Origin: the human T2T-CHM13v2.0 reference genome, Homo sapiens
Reading direction: 5' to 3' (one strand)
Assembly (NCBI RefSeq): GCF_009914755.1
Contig: NC_060932.1
Length of the DNA stretch: 64,000 nucleotides
Made by a program: the position numbers and the translations under genes. Below, one piece after another: positions 41,801 to 56,439 of this stretch. How positions within the stretch are numbered: position 1 is the stretch's first letter; every line of letters starts with the position of its first letter. The notes under the pieces were generated by a model, which searched no databases, was not told the origin of the DNA, and saw only the letters and a program-made list of their open reading frames with translations.

Positions 41801-44800
41801 AACTGATCTACATATTTAATGCAATCCCAATGAAAATCCCTGCAAGTTATTTTGTGGATATCAATAAACTGATTCTAAAGTTTATAGAGAGGCAAAAGAT
41901 TTAGCATAGACAACGTAATACTGAAGAACAAAATTAGAGGACTAACATTACCTGACTTCAAGATTCACTATGAAACTACAGTAATCAAGACAGTGTGGTG
42001 TTAGTGGAACATAACAGAGAAACCAGAAATACATCAACATAAATATGGTCAACTGATCTTTGACAAAGTGGCAAAAGCAATACAACAGAGCAAAGATAGT
42101 CTTTTCAACAAACGGTGTTGGAAGAACTGTATATCTACAAGCCAAAAAATGAATCTAGATACAGATCTTATACCCTTCAAAAAATGAACTCAATGTGGAC
42201 CATAGACCTAAATGTAAAATGCAAAACTATAAAACTCCTATAAGAAAACATAGGAAAAAGCCTAGATTACCTTGTATATGAAATGACTATTTAGATACAA
42301 CACCAAAGCCACAATTTACAAAATAAGTAATTGATAACTTGGACCTAATGAAAATTAAAAACTTCTCTTTGAAAGAGGATGTAAAGACAATAAGAAGACA
42401 AACCACAGACTGGGAGAAAATATTTGCAATGACAACATCTAATAAAGGACTGCTTCCAAAATATACAAAGAACTCTTAAAACTCAACAATCAGAAAACAA
42501 GCCAATTGAAACTTGGGTCAAGATTCCTAACAGACATCTCACCGAAGAAGGTATACAGATGACAAATAAGTATATAAAAAGATGCTCCACATTATATGTC
42601 ACCAGGGAAATGCCAATTGAAAGTTAGCTATCATTACACACGTATTAGAATGGGCAAAAGCCAAAACGCTAGATACACCAAGTATTGGTGAGAATGTGAA
42701 GCAACAGGAATTCTCATTTGTTTCTGGGGGGAGTGCAAAATAGTACAAATACTTTGGAAAACAGGTTGACAGTTTCTTACAAAAATACACATACTCTTGT
42801 CATATAATCAAGAAATTGCACTCTTTGTTATTTGTCCAAATGAGTTGAAAAACTGCAATATTTGGCTGTTTCTAAATTTTGGCAATTGTAAATACAGCTT
42901 CTAAAAACAGCTGTATTTACAATTGCCAAAATTTAGAAATAGCCAAAATGTTCCTTCATAGGTGAATGGATAAACAAACTGTGGCACACCTAAACAATAG
43001 AATACATATTATTCAGTGCTAAAAATAAATGTACTGCCAACCATGAAAGGGCACATAGGAAAGTTAAATGCATATAACTAGGTGAAAGAAGCCAGTCTGG
43101 AAAGGCTACATATGCTATGATTCCAACTGGATGATTCTGGAAAGGGTAAAACTATGGAGACAGTAAAAAGTTCAGTGGTTTCTGAGAGTACTGAGGAAGG
43201 AGTGTGGCCAGGGAGTAGATGAATATAGGTGAAGCACCAGATTTTTAGGTCAGTGAAATACTCTGTATGATATTATAATGGTAGACACCTGCCATTATAC
43301 ATTTGTCTAAACCCCTTAGAATATACAACATCAAGAGTGAAACCTAATGTAAACTATGAACCTTGGGTGATCGTGATGTGTCAATATAGGTTTGTGAATT
43401 ATAACAAATTTTCCACTCTGGTGGAGGATGTTGATAATAGGGAAGGCTATGCATGTGTTGGGGCTGGGTTATGTGGAGAATTTCTCTACTTTTCCCTCAA
43501 TTTTGCTGTGAACCTAAAACTGCTCCCAAAAATTTATTCAATACTGCATGCAGTTTGAAAGGGGCTTCATTTATAATCAGGGATTATTTTCTAGTTTGAA
43601 AGAATCTATTTCAAAAAATAAAGTGTCATAGATTAGCATGAAATATAAGGTTAATTGAGATATTTTTTGCATAAGCTGCTAACTGGGTGTAGAATCTGAA
43701 ACATGACTAATAATAGATATTTCTCTAAGTAGGTGTTTGATGTCTTCATATAAATGAAATCTCATAATCCTTCAAATCATTGAAATATGAAATACAGCAT
43801 ATATTTTTATATATTCTGATGAAAATACAGTAGGAAACATGGCATAAAATGAAAAGTTAGATGGATTCCAAATGAATTGTGTTTCTTAGAAATACATTAA
43901 TGTTTAATACAATATATATCTTAATTTTATATTTGCCTATTCCAACTATGGTTCAATAATTCAACAATAGATTTGTCCTAAGTTTATAAACCTAACTGAT
44001 GTGTATGTCAAAGTCAATAAACATTTTTTGAAACAAATTAGCCCGTTTTGTATGTACCGACAACATCACTTAAGTTCCTAGGCTCCCAGAAGTGTTTGTT
44101 TACCAAAAGCTGCATTCACATAACAGTCTATAAACATGCCCAAGCTGACAATCCTCAAAACCTCCAAAAATGAGAATTTCTTCACTGAACTCACTTCTTT
44201 TGCGAGCTGTTTGTAGAAAAAGAAATAATTACAGAAGTAAACTATAAAAAAAGATAAATTAGGGTTTCTTTTATTCTTGGTACTGTTAGCAAAGGGATTG
44301 TATTATGGTGAGCCAAATTCTCTGAGTGCATAAAACAGTCCCTGGAAATAAATTAGGTGCTTTGGGAAGCTACATTAACTCTTTCTACTCACAAGAGTCC
44401 TATTTGTTGCCAGGAGACATCAGCACAGGATGGCTTGCCCACACAAGAGTGCTAGAGGACACATTGATTCTTGCCATTAACCAGTGACTCTCCATTATGG
44501 CATTTCTTTGGAACAGATTTCCAGCTTTTCATGTTGACAGTTTTTCACGTGTTATATTTTGCCTGCTTCTGTAATAAAGACTTTTGATTGCCTAGGAGGT
44601 CAGAAACTTTAGCAAAAAGTCCAGAGTGATCAGAAAGACTTGAAAATAAGACAGAAGGTAAAATGCTGAAAGAACTGGTAAATGTATTCAAAAAATAAGA
44701 AAGTTGAAGGAAGTGTGGAAACAAACCTAAAATACCTGAAGGCTGTAATATATACATGATGTTTTGCACAAAAATAGTAATTAGCTGTTCTCTATCTCAA

Positions 44801-45167
44801 CCCAACAATAAAAAAAAAATTTTTCTTCACAATAACACAAGAAAGTGGGTGCAATTTTTTAAATCTGACAGTATTTACTTAAAGTATTGTTTTCTTCTCA
44901 TTACAAAAAAATATATTTTATATGCAGAAAGTTGCTAAAAGTACAAAAATAAAATAAAAATTAAAAATCACACATATTTCTATTACCCAGGGGTGATCGC
45001 TGATAACGTGTTGGTTTCCTACATGATTTTTAATTTAATTGTAATATCTCATGGATGTGTCATAAGTTATTCAGTAAGTTACATATATCACATTTCAACT
45101 ATTTATAAATATGTTGTTATGTTTAATACTTGAGGAATAATCTTGTGCAATAATCTGTATGCATATA

Positions 45168-47828
45168 CAGGCAGACCTCATGTTATTCTGCTTCACTTTA
45201 TTGAGCTTTGCAGCTACTGCATTTTTTACAAAGTGAACATTTGTAGCAACACTCTATCAAGCAAGACTCTCAGTAGCATTTTTCCAACAGCATATCAATG
45301 TCCCTGTTTCACATTTTGATAATTCGCGTAATATTTCAAGGTTTTCCGTTATTATTATGTCTGTTTTGGTGATCTGTGATTAGGGATCTTTAAGGTTATT
45401 ATTGTAATTATTTTGAGGTGCCACAAACAGCACCCATAAAAGATGGCAAATTTAATCGATAAATGCTGTGTGTGTTCAGCCTGCTCCACTGACCAGCCAT
45501 TCTTGGATCTCTCTCCTTCTCCTAGGGCCTCTGTGTTCCCTAAGACACAACAATACTGAAATTAGGCCAGTTAATAACCTTATATTGGCTTCTAAGTGCT
45601 GTCAAGTGAAAGGAAGAGTCACACGTCTCTCATATGAAATCAAAAGCTAGAAAAGATTAAGCTTAGTGAGGAAAGCATGTTGAAAGCTGAGACAGACCGA
45701 AAGCTAGGCCTCTTGCAGCAGTTAGACAAATTATAAATGCAAAAGAAAAGTTCTTGAAGAAAATTAGAAGTGTTACTCCAGTGAACATCTGAATGATAAG
45801 GAAGCAGTTTTTTGTTTTTTTGTGTTTTTTTTTTTTGTTTTTTTCTTTTTTGTAGACAAAGTCTCACTCTGTCACCGGACCAGAGTGCAGTGGCACGATC
45901 TCGGCTCACTGCAACCTCCGCCTCGGGTTTAAGCGATTCTCCTGCCTCAGCCTCCCAAGTAGCTGGGGCTACAGGCGCGCACCACCACGCCTAGCTAATT
46001 TTTGCATTTTTAGTAGAGACAGGGTTTCACCATGTTGTCCAGGATGGTCTCTATCTCTTGATCTTGTGATCCACCCAGCTCAGCCTCCCAAGGAAGCAGT
46101 CATATTGTTGATATGGAGAAAGTTTTAGTGGTCTGGATACAAGATCAAACTAACACAGCATTCCTTTAAGCCAAAACCTAATCCAGAGCAAAGCTCTACA
46201 TCTTCTCAATTCTATGAAGGCTGAGAGAGGTGGGAAAGCTACAGAAGAAAAATCAGAAGCTAGTAGAGGCTGGTTCATGAAGTTTAAGGAAAGAAGTTAT
46301 CTTTGTAACATAAAACTGCAACGTGAAGCAGCAAGTGCTATTGTAGAAGCTGTAGGAAGTTATCCAGAAAATCTAGCTAGGATAATTGACGAGGGTGGCT
46401 ACACTAAATAACAGATATTCCATGTAGATGAAACAGTCTGCTATTGGAAGAAAATACCTTCTAGGACTTTCAGAAGAGATGTCAGTATCTAGCTTCAAAG
46501 CTTCAAAGACAGGCTGACTCTTGTTAGGAGCCAATGGAACTGGTGACTTTCAATTGTAGCCAATGCTCATTTACCATTCTGAAAACCCCAGGGCCCTTAA
46601 GAATTATCCTAAATCTACTCTGTCTGTTCTCTAGAAATGGAATAACAAGACCTGGATGACAGAACATCTGTTTACAGCATGATTTACTGAATATTTTAAG
46701 CCCATTGTTGAGAACTAAAAGAAAAAAAATTATTTAAAAATATCACTGCTCATTGAAAATGCCCTTAGTCATCCAAGAGTTCTGATAAGAGATGTGCAAG
46801 GGGATTCATGCTTTCATGCCTGCTAACACAACATCCATTGTGCAGCTCATGGATCAGGGAGTAATTTCAATGTTCAAGTATTTTTATTTAAGAAATACAT
46901 TTTGTAAGGCTGTAACTGTCATAGATAGTGATTCCTCTGGTGAGTGTGGACAAAATAAATTTTCTTTAAAGGTGTCACTGTTCTAGACGTCATTAAGAAT
47001 ATTCGTGATTTATGGGAAGGGGTCAAAATATCAACATAAATAGGTGTTTGGAAGAAATTCATTCCAGTCCTCATGCATGACTTTGAGGGGTCCAAGACTT
47101 TAGTGGATGAAGTCACTGCAGCTATAGTAAAAAGAGCAAGAGAGCTAGAATGATAAGTGGAGCCTGAAGATGTGACGGAATTGCTGTACTCTCGTGACAG
47201 TACTTTCACAGATGAGAAGTTGCTTCTTAACAGTAACCAAGAAAATGATTACTTGAGATAGAATCTACTCCTAGTAAAGATACTGTGAATATTGTTGAGA
47301 TGATAACAAAGGATTTAGTATATTCCATAAACTTGCTTGATAAAGCAGTGACAAGGTTTGAGAGAATTCACTCCGATTTTTAAAGTTCTGTTGTCAATAA
47401 AATGCTAACTAACAGCATGACATGGCATAGAGAAGTCTTTCAGGAAAGGAAGAATCAATCAGTATGGCAAATTTCATTGTTGTCTTATTTCAAGAAATTG
47501 CCACAGCCACCCCAACCTTCAGTAGCCACCATCTTGATCAGTCAGCAGCCATCAACACTGAGTCAAGATCTTCCATCAGCAGAAAGATCATGACTCACTA
47601 AAGGCTTAGATGATCATGAGCAATTTTTAGCAATAAAGTATTTTTAAATTAAGATATGTAAATTTTTTTAGACATAATGCTATTGCTCACTTAATAATCT
47701 ACAGTATAGTGTAAACATAAGTTTATATGTACTGGGAAACCAAAAATATGTATGACTTGCTTTATTGCAATATTAGCTTTATTGGAGCTATCTGGAACCA
47801 GACCTGCAATATTTTGGAGAAATGCCTG
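45168..47828 (+). mobile_element. Near full-length Tigger1 (pogo-like DNA transposon) with decayed transposase
   Basis: TIR ends caggcagacctc...gagaaatgcctg; TA on both sides; transposase remnants at 46214-46411 ([12 protein letters not shown]) and 46792-46986 (MPANTTSIVQLMDQGVI). Confidence 0.95.
45809..46089 (-). mobile_element. 5'-truncated AluSc-like inside Tigger1
   Basis: TSD aaggaagcagt at 45798-45808 / 46090-46100. Confidence 0.93.
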
Positions 47829-48596
47829 TATTTGATTTTTGTCAGTGTAAATCACAGAATATAGAGGTTTAAAGGGTATAAGTATGTTGCTTCATGTTGT
47901 AAAAGTACCCCCAAAATAACGGTTTCAATTTAACTTCTATCATCAAATGTATGAGTGTTCTTGGTCTATATGAAACTGTATTTCCTCCATCTTGTTTTGC
48001 TCTGTAGTATTTTTGATATTTTCATTGGGTGCATGGGTCTCATTCTTAGGATTCAGCAGGTGTTTTTCGTATATTTGGAGTTTGCTAATTTATTATTTAC
48101 CTTTTACTTATGGGACATGTTATAGTATGTTTTCTTTTGTCTTTATGACTTCCTTCTCTTTATTATTCCTTTAATAATTATCTCTTACACTCATGTTCTA
48201 ATTAATATTAAACAATATTTTCAAGTAATTTTACTTATTTTTAATATTTGATTATTATTGTGTTGAGTCATATAATGTGGAGTTATAACTTTAGTTTTCC
48301 ATGTAGTTGACCAAATATATCCATTTATTGAGTAATCCATATTTGTTCTTCTAATTTTAATTGCAACCCAAGAATATCTCCAAAATACTTTCATGGACAT
48401 TTATCTATTTTTGAGCTTTGTACTTCGTTTTAGTGATCTCTTTTGCCAATACCATATTATTTTAATAACTAGGTTTGGAAATACATTTTAACATTCTTCA
48501 GTTCTAGTTAGCCCCATTCCTCAATTATTTTTATTTTTCCAGAGTTATCTTGATTGTATGTGCTTCTTGTAAAGTTTAGTTCCAAAATATAATTAA

Positions 48597-48903
<307 letters not shown>

Positions 48904-49222
48904 TTCATTTAGTATTTTTACTGCAATGAAACTAGAAATATGTCAACCTGGGTATTGGTTCACACTTCAATATATCTTCTTCACAGCAAACATATAAAAT
49001 AGCAGATAAAAATGTAAAGGACAATCAAAAATAAATAACAAGATGATCTGAAGCTAAGCATTTGCTCAACTTTGAACAGAGAATCAGCTTCTGTGAGTCA
49101 AAGACAACCAAAGTGCCTCACTTGAGATGAGTGTCTCAAGCTAAGTTTACTGTTTGAACTCAACAACATAGGAAAGTTGAGAAAAATAGGAGATGCCTTC
49201 AAGGCAATTTACTGTAGCTATA

Positions 49223-49664
49223 TGTTATGGATTAAATTGCATCCTCCCAAAACTCGTATGTCGAAGTTTGAGAATGTGACCCGCTTTGAAGATGAAGTCT
49301 TTACAGAGGTACTCACATTAAAATTAGGTCATTTGGGTGGGGCTTCATCCAATATGGCAGGTGTCTGTATAGAAAGGGAAAATTTAGAGACACACTCACA
49401 GAAGGAATGCCATGTGCAGATGAAGGCAGTGATTTATGGTGATATTCTATCATCCAAAGAAACCAAAGATGACCAGCAACCCTCCAGAAGCTAGGAGAGA
49501 GGAATTCAACAGATTTTTTCCCAACACCCCTCAAAAAGACCAAACTCTGCCAACACCTTGCTCTCTAACTTCTAGACTATGCAGTTGTGAGACAGTCAAA
49601 TTCTTCTGTTTAACCCACCTCAGTTTGTGGCACTATGTTACAGCTGCCCAAGCCAATTAATGCA
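49223..49664 (+). mobile_element. MLT1B/C-like solo LTR
   Basis: tgttatggattaaattg...ccagaagctaggagagag...cagtttgtggcactatgttacagc...taatgca. Confidence 0.85.
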
Positions 49665-49871
49665 TAATGAGTTTATAGAAAAGTGTGGACCTAGAGAAGT
49701 TGAAAGACAAAGACATGCCATATTGAGCAGGAACTGAGCCAAGTCAGCTGAGCTTGGTGACAAGATCTATGATAAACTCAGAGCCATAGGTGGTCATTAT
49801 AACATGTGACTCTCGCCTCAGAATCAATGAGAATAGTACACAATGTGGAGACACATACAAAACTAAAACCA

Positions 49872-50225
<354 letters not shown>

Positions 50226-50412
50226 TCATTCACAAACTAAAGCTTGAAAACATTAAATAATTGAAAGCTAATAAAGATAGAGAACAGATTTGAAAATTAG
50301 AAGATGAAATCAGTTCAGCTAAAAATAATTTATGGAGCAGAGTGATAAAGATATTAAAATAAATATATATAGGAGGCTCAATACAATAAAAGTAAAATCT
50401 TTTAAAATGTCA

Positions 50413-52090
<1,678 letters not shown>

Positions 52091-52400
52091 GAGTAGCACC
52101 GAAGTAGTGTGGCACCGAAGGTGATGGGTAGCTCTTTTAGGTTGAAATCTCGGTTATGCGGTGATATTAAAGCAGAGACCTGAATTGTAAGGAGAGGTCA
52201 GTCATAACAAGATCTGGGAGCTGAAAGTTACAGGTAGAAAAAACAGCAAGCGAGTGTGATGAGTTTAGTGTGTTGGACGAGCCCATGGAGGGCCACGTGA
52301 CTGGGACCTAAGGAAACGACGAATGGCAATGATGACTTTAGAGGTAGGCAGTAGGTAGATTCCACTGGCCTTTGTAAGCAATGGTAAGAAGTATGCTTTT

Positions 52401-52996
52401 ATTTTTTATTTTTTAAAATTTTACTTTAAGTTCTGGGATACATGTGCAGAACGTGCAGGTTTGTTAGATAGGTATACATGTGCCATGGTGGTTTGCTGCA
52501 CCTATCAACCTGTCATCTAGGTTTTAAGCCCCACATGCATTAGGTATTTGTCCTAATGCTATGCCTCCCCTTCCCCTGCCCCCTGACAGGCCCCAGTGTG
52601 TGATGTTCCCCTCCCTGTGACCATGTGTTCTCATTGCTGAATCCCACTTATGAGTGAGAACATGCAGTGTTTGGTTTTCTGTTCCTGTGTTAGTCTGCTG
52701 AGGATGATGGTTTCCAGCTTCATCCATGTCCCTGCAAAGGACATGAACTCATCCTTTTTTATGTCTGCATAGTATTCCATGGTGTGTATGTGCCACATTT
52801 TCTTTATCCAGTCTATCATTGATGGGCATTCGGTTTGGTTCCAAGTCTTTGCTATTGTAAATAGTGCTGCAATAAACATCTGTGTGCATGTGTCTTTATA
52901 GTAGAATAATTTATAATCCTTTGGGTATATACCCAGTAATGGGATTGCTGGGTCAAATGGTATTTTTGGTTCTAGATCCTTGAGGAATTGCCATAC
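52401..52996 (-). mobile_element. 5'-truncated L1PA (PA7/8-like) 3' end, inserted in an L2
   Basis: ORF 52631-52879 matches the L1 ORF2p C-terminus (MFIAALFTIAKTWNQ); TSD agaagt(a/g)tgctttta at 52387-52401 / 52997-53011. Confidence 0.95.
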
Positions 52997-53069
52997 AGAA
53001 GTGTGCTTTTACTCCAAGGGTCATGGAAACTATTGGTACATTTTAAGCCAGAATATGACAAAATTCTAC

Positions 53070-53222
53070 GAACCAGAAAACAGGCCCTTACCAGACACCA
53101 TATATGCCAACATCTTGATCTTAGACTTCCCAGCCTTCAGAACTGTAAGAAATTAATTTGTGTTGTATATAAGCCACCTAGTCTATGGTATTTCGTTTTA
53201 GCAGCTGGAAGGAACTAAAACA
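53070..53222 (+). mobile_element. MLT1A-like LTR 3' half
   Basis: cttgatcttagacttcccagccttcagaactgtaagaaat...ctaaaaca. Confidence 0.8.
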
Positions 53223-53546
53223 AGATGTGTTCTAGCCGCTTCTCTTACAGAACAAGTAGCCTAGTCCTACATAAAGCTGGGCAGTTGCTAGAGACAAAAA
53301 GCAACCAGCAAACAATGTGTCAAGACATGTATATATAATGTTAGAAAAGCATTGTTCATAAAAGCAAAGTAACAGAAATTATTAAATGCTCACAATTTAA
53401 TTGGAGATTAGCTAAACACATTGTGGGAAATCCATCAAATAGAAAACCAGGTATCATTAACTAGACAAGCTCCGCTCTGTGTCTGATAGAAATGTTTTCC
53501 AAAATAAATTGAAAAGTAAAAAAGCATGATGAAGATGATTATGTTT

Positions 53547-53750
53547 ATGAACATGAAGATGGAAATAATAGACCCTGGGAACTCCAGAAGGGGAGATGTG
53601 GAGAGGGGGATGAGGGTTGAAAAATTACCTATTGCATACAATGTTCACTGTCTGGCTGATAGGTACACAGAAACCCAAACCCCACCATTTTGCAATATAT
53701 CCATGCAACAAACCTGCATATGTATTTCCGGAATCTAAAATAAAACAAAA
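53547..53750 (+). mobile_element. L1PB-like 3' end
   Basis: gagggttgaaaaattacctattg...acaaacctgcatatgta. Confidence 0.8.
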
Positions 53751-53848
53751 TTTTTAAAGGACTGTTATATTATATTTAAATAGTATACCCATTATACTCA
53801 TTCGTGTAAAAAAAAATAATACGCTGACTTGTATGGCAAATATTTTGA

Positions 53849-54275
<427 letters not shown>

Positions 54276-55280
54276 CAGTTTTGCTTTTGAATGATCAACA
54301 TGTATTCTTTCAGTTTTTGAAAACTTTAGTCATTTTTAAATTCCCTTTATTACACTAGCCTTTCAGTTTCCATTTTGCTCATTTATCCTGTACTTGAATA
54401 ATTTGCCTGTCAAAAATCCCCACATGAATTCTGTGGCAGTGAGGATGGAAACAAATTACTTAAGCATAATCTTATTTTACATATAAGTTTTGCCTATACT
54501 AATAGAAATAAGAGGTGTGAAACATGTTAATACTGTACATTTAAGACTAAATTTTTTTAGACAGAAATCTTTATAATTCCTTTAAATGGGTTCTTTGTAA
54601 GTCATATGAAGGTATTTGTTTTGACAGATAATTTTCTGTTCATGTTTAAAATCTACTGTACTTCTATTTTTCCTCTGACATTGTGGCAAATGAGTCACTA
54701 AAAAAATTCACCTAATATTTTCCTCTTGAACAAACTGAAAAATTAACATATATATGACAAAAGACTCAATTCAATTTAGATAATATAGGCTTATATTTAT
54801 TTCTGTGGAATTAATAGACCAATAATCTTCTATAATTTCATGTATGTATTGACATACTCTGTATTTACTAATACCTGTCTTTATGATTAAAATCCATTTT
54901 CAGGAGAAAAGACACATATAACTACTCTAGGTTTTTACTTGAACCCAGTAGTAAGCTTCTGAGAACACCATTTGGTGGGGAAGAAAGAGTTTATATTTTA
55001 TTAATAAAATAAACATACATGTGCATTTTATAACTTTTACAAGTGTTTTTCTGTCTCTGATATTGCCAGTATGAAATCAGATTTTATTAATAATAAGATT
55101 AAGTAATGACAGCATGAACAAATGAGGGATAATACTTAGTAGAAAAGACTGTTGATAGTGCAAACATTTACTAAGTCTTAACATATCTTCTTAAGTGATT
55201 TTCAGTGTAAGAGAGTAAAAAGAAATTGACAGCAACTGAGTATCTGCATGTACCAGACTTTCTATTTGTTTCTGATTTCA

Positions 55281-55405
55281 TTTTATTTTTTTGAGACAGG
55301 GTCTCGCTCTGTCACCCAGGCTGGAATGCAAAAGTGGGAAGATTGCTGGAGCCCAGGATGCAAAGGCTGCAATTGCTGCGATTGTGCCATTACACTCTTG
55401 CCTGG
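55281..55405. mobile_element. Rearranged AluJ/FRAM fragment with an internal inversion
   Basis: 55281-55330 is the reverse Alu 3' end; 55331-55405 is forward right-arm sequence. Confidence 0.75.
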
Positions 55406-55619
55406 TTGTTTTTTTAAATCGTATAACATGTAAGATAGGTATTAGAGCCCACTTCACAGATGATACAAGGGAGAAGAGAAGGGCTTATAACAGTATGGGG
55501 ATGCCTAGGCTATAGGGCACTTTTTCTCAAAATACGTTCTGTGGAACATGATCCTTTTACAAAGTTCGGGGAAAGAGATTTCCACAGTGAGTGTTATCTG
55601 AGGGTGGACATGCCAAGCT

Positions 55620-55975
55620 CATTCCCACCTGGGCTTTTCTCATGTTCTCTTACCTCATCTGGAATTCTCCTTTCTCAGAGCTTTGTAGGACCCTTTTCTT
55701 CTCATTCAGAGAGGTTTCCGTATCTACCAGATCACTATGTTTTTTTCTTCTCAACACTTCACATGATCCCAAAGTATTCGTTTTATGTATTTGTTTACTT
55801 GCATCTTTTATTTTCTGCTGCCTCCTCCTCTAACTACCACCACCATAAGCTCAAGCCTTGAACTGTCAAGTCCATGAGAACAACGATCTTGACTTATTCA
55901 GTACTATTACCATCAGCACCTAGAACAGTGCCCAGTACATAGCAGGTGCTCAATAAATAATTGTGAAATGAATGA
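55620..55975 (+). mobile_element. L2 3' end
   Basis: cagcacctagaacagtgcccagtacatagcaggtgctcaataaata...aatgaatga. Confidence 0.85.
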
Positions 55976-56439
55976 TTTTCAGTGTGATCACTGTACACTC
56001 CTTGTTACAGTGCACATTGCCTCTTAAGGCCTCTAAGCAGGATGACAGTCAACGAATCTGCTTAATTTTGTTTAACACAGTCTCTCCACAATGCATGTGA
56101 TCATTTTTTTTCCTTGTTACATCCAAGTAGTCAATTTCAAAAATCCTTTGGTAAATGTTGCCACAGTGAAACCATAAAGGACCCACGTTCCAAAATCCCC
56201 ACTTCATCTGCTAAACTTCCTATTCAAATGGACGTGTTACTTAGAAGGTGTATTTTAGGAAGCTTTTGGCAGCCGTCAGTACCACACCAAGAATGAGTTC
56301 GTCAGTTTAACTAACAGAGGGCCATGTGTAGAGAGAATGGATGCTCCTGCCACCTGTGGAGCCAGCCTCAGGAGGCAGGTGAGGGAGGAAGCAAGATTAC
56401 AAGGGAAAACTCCAGCCATCCAGGGGGCCCAAGGAGGGC

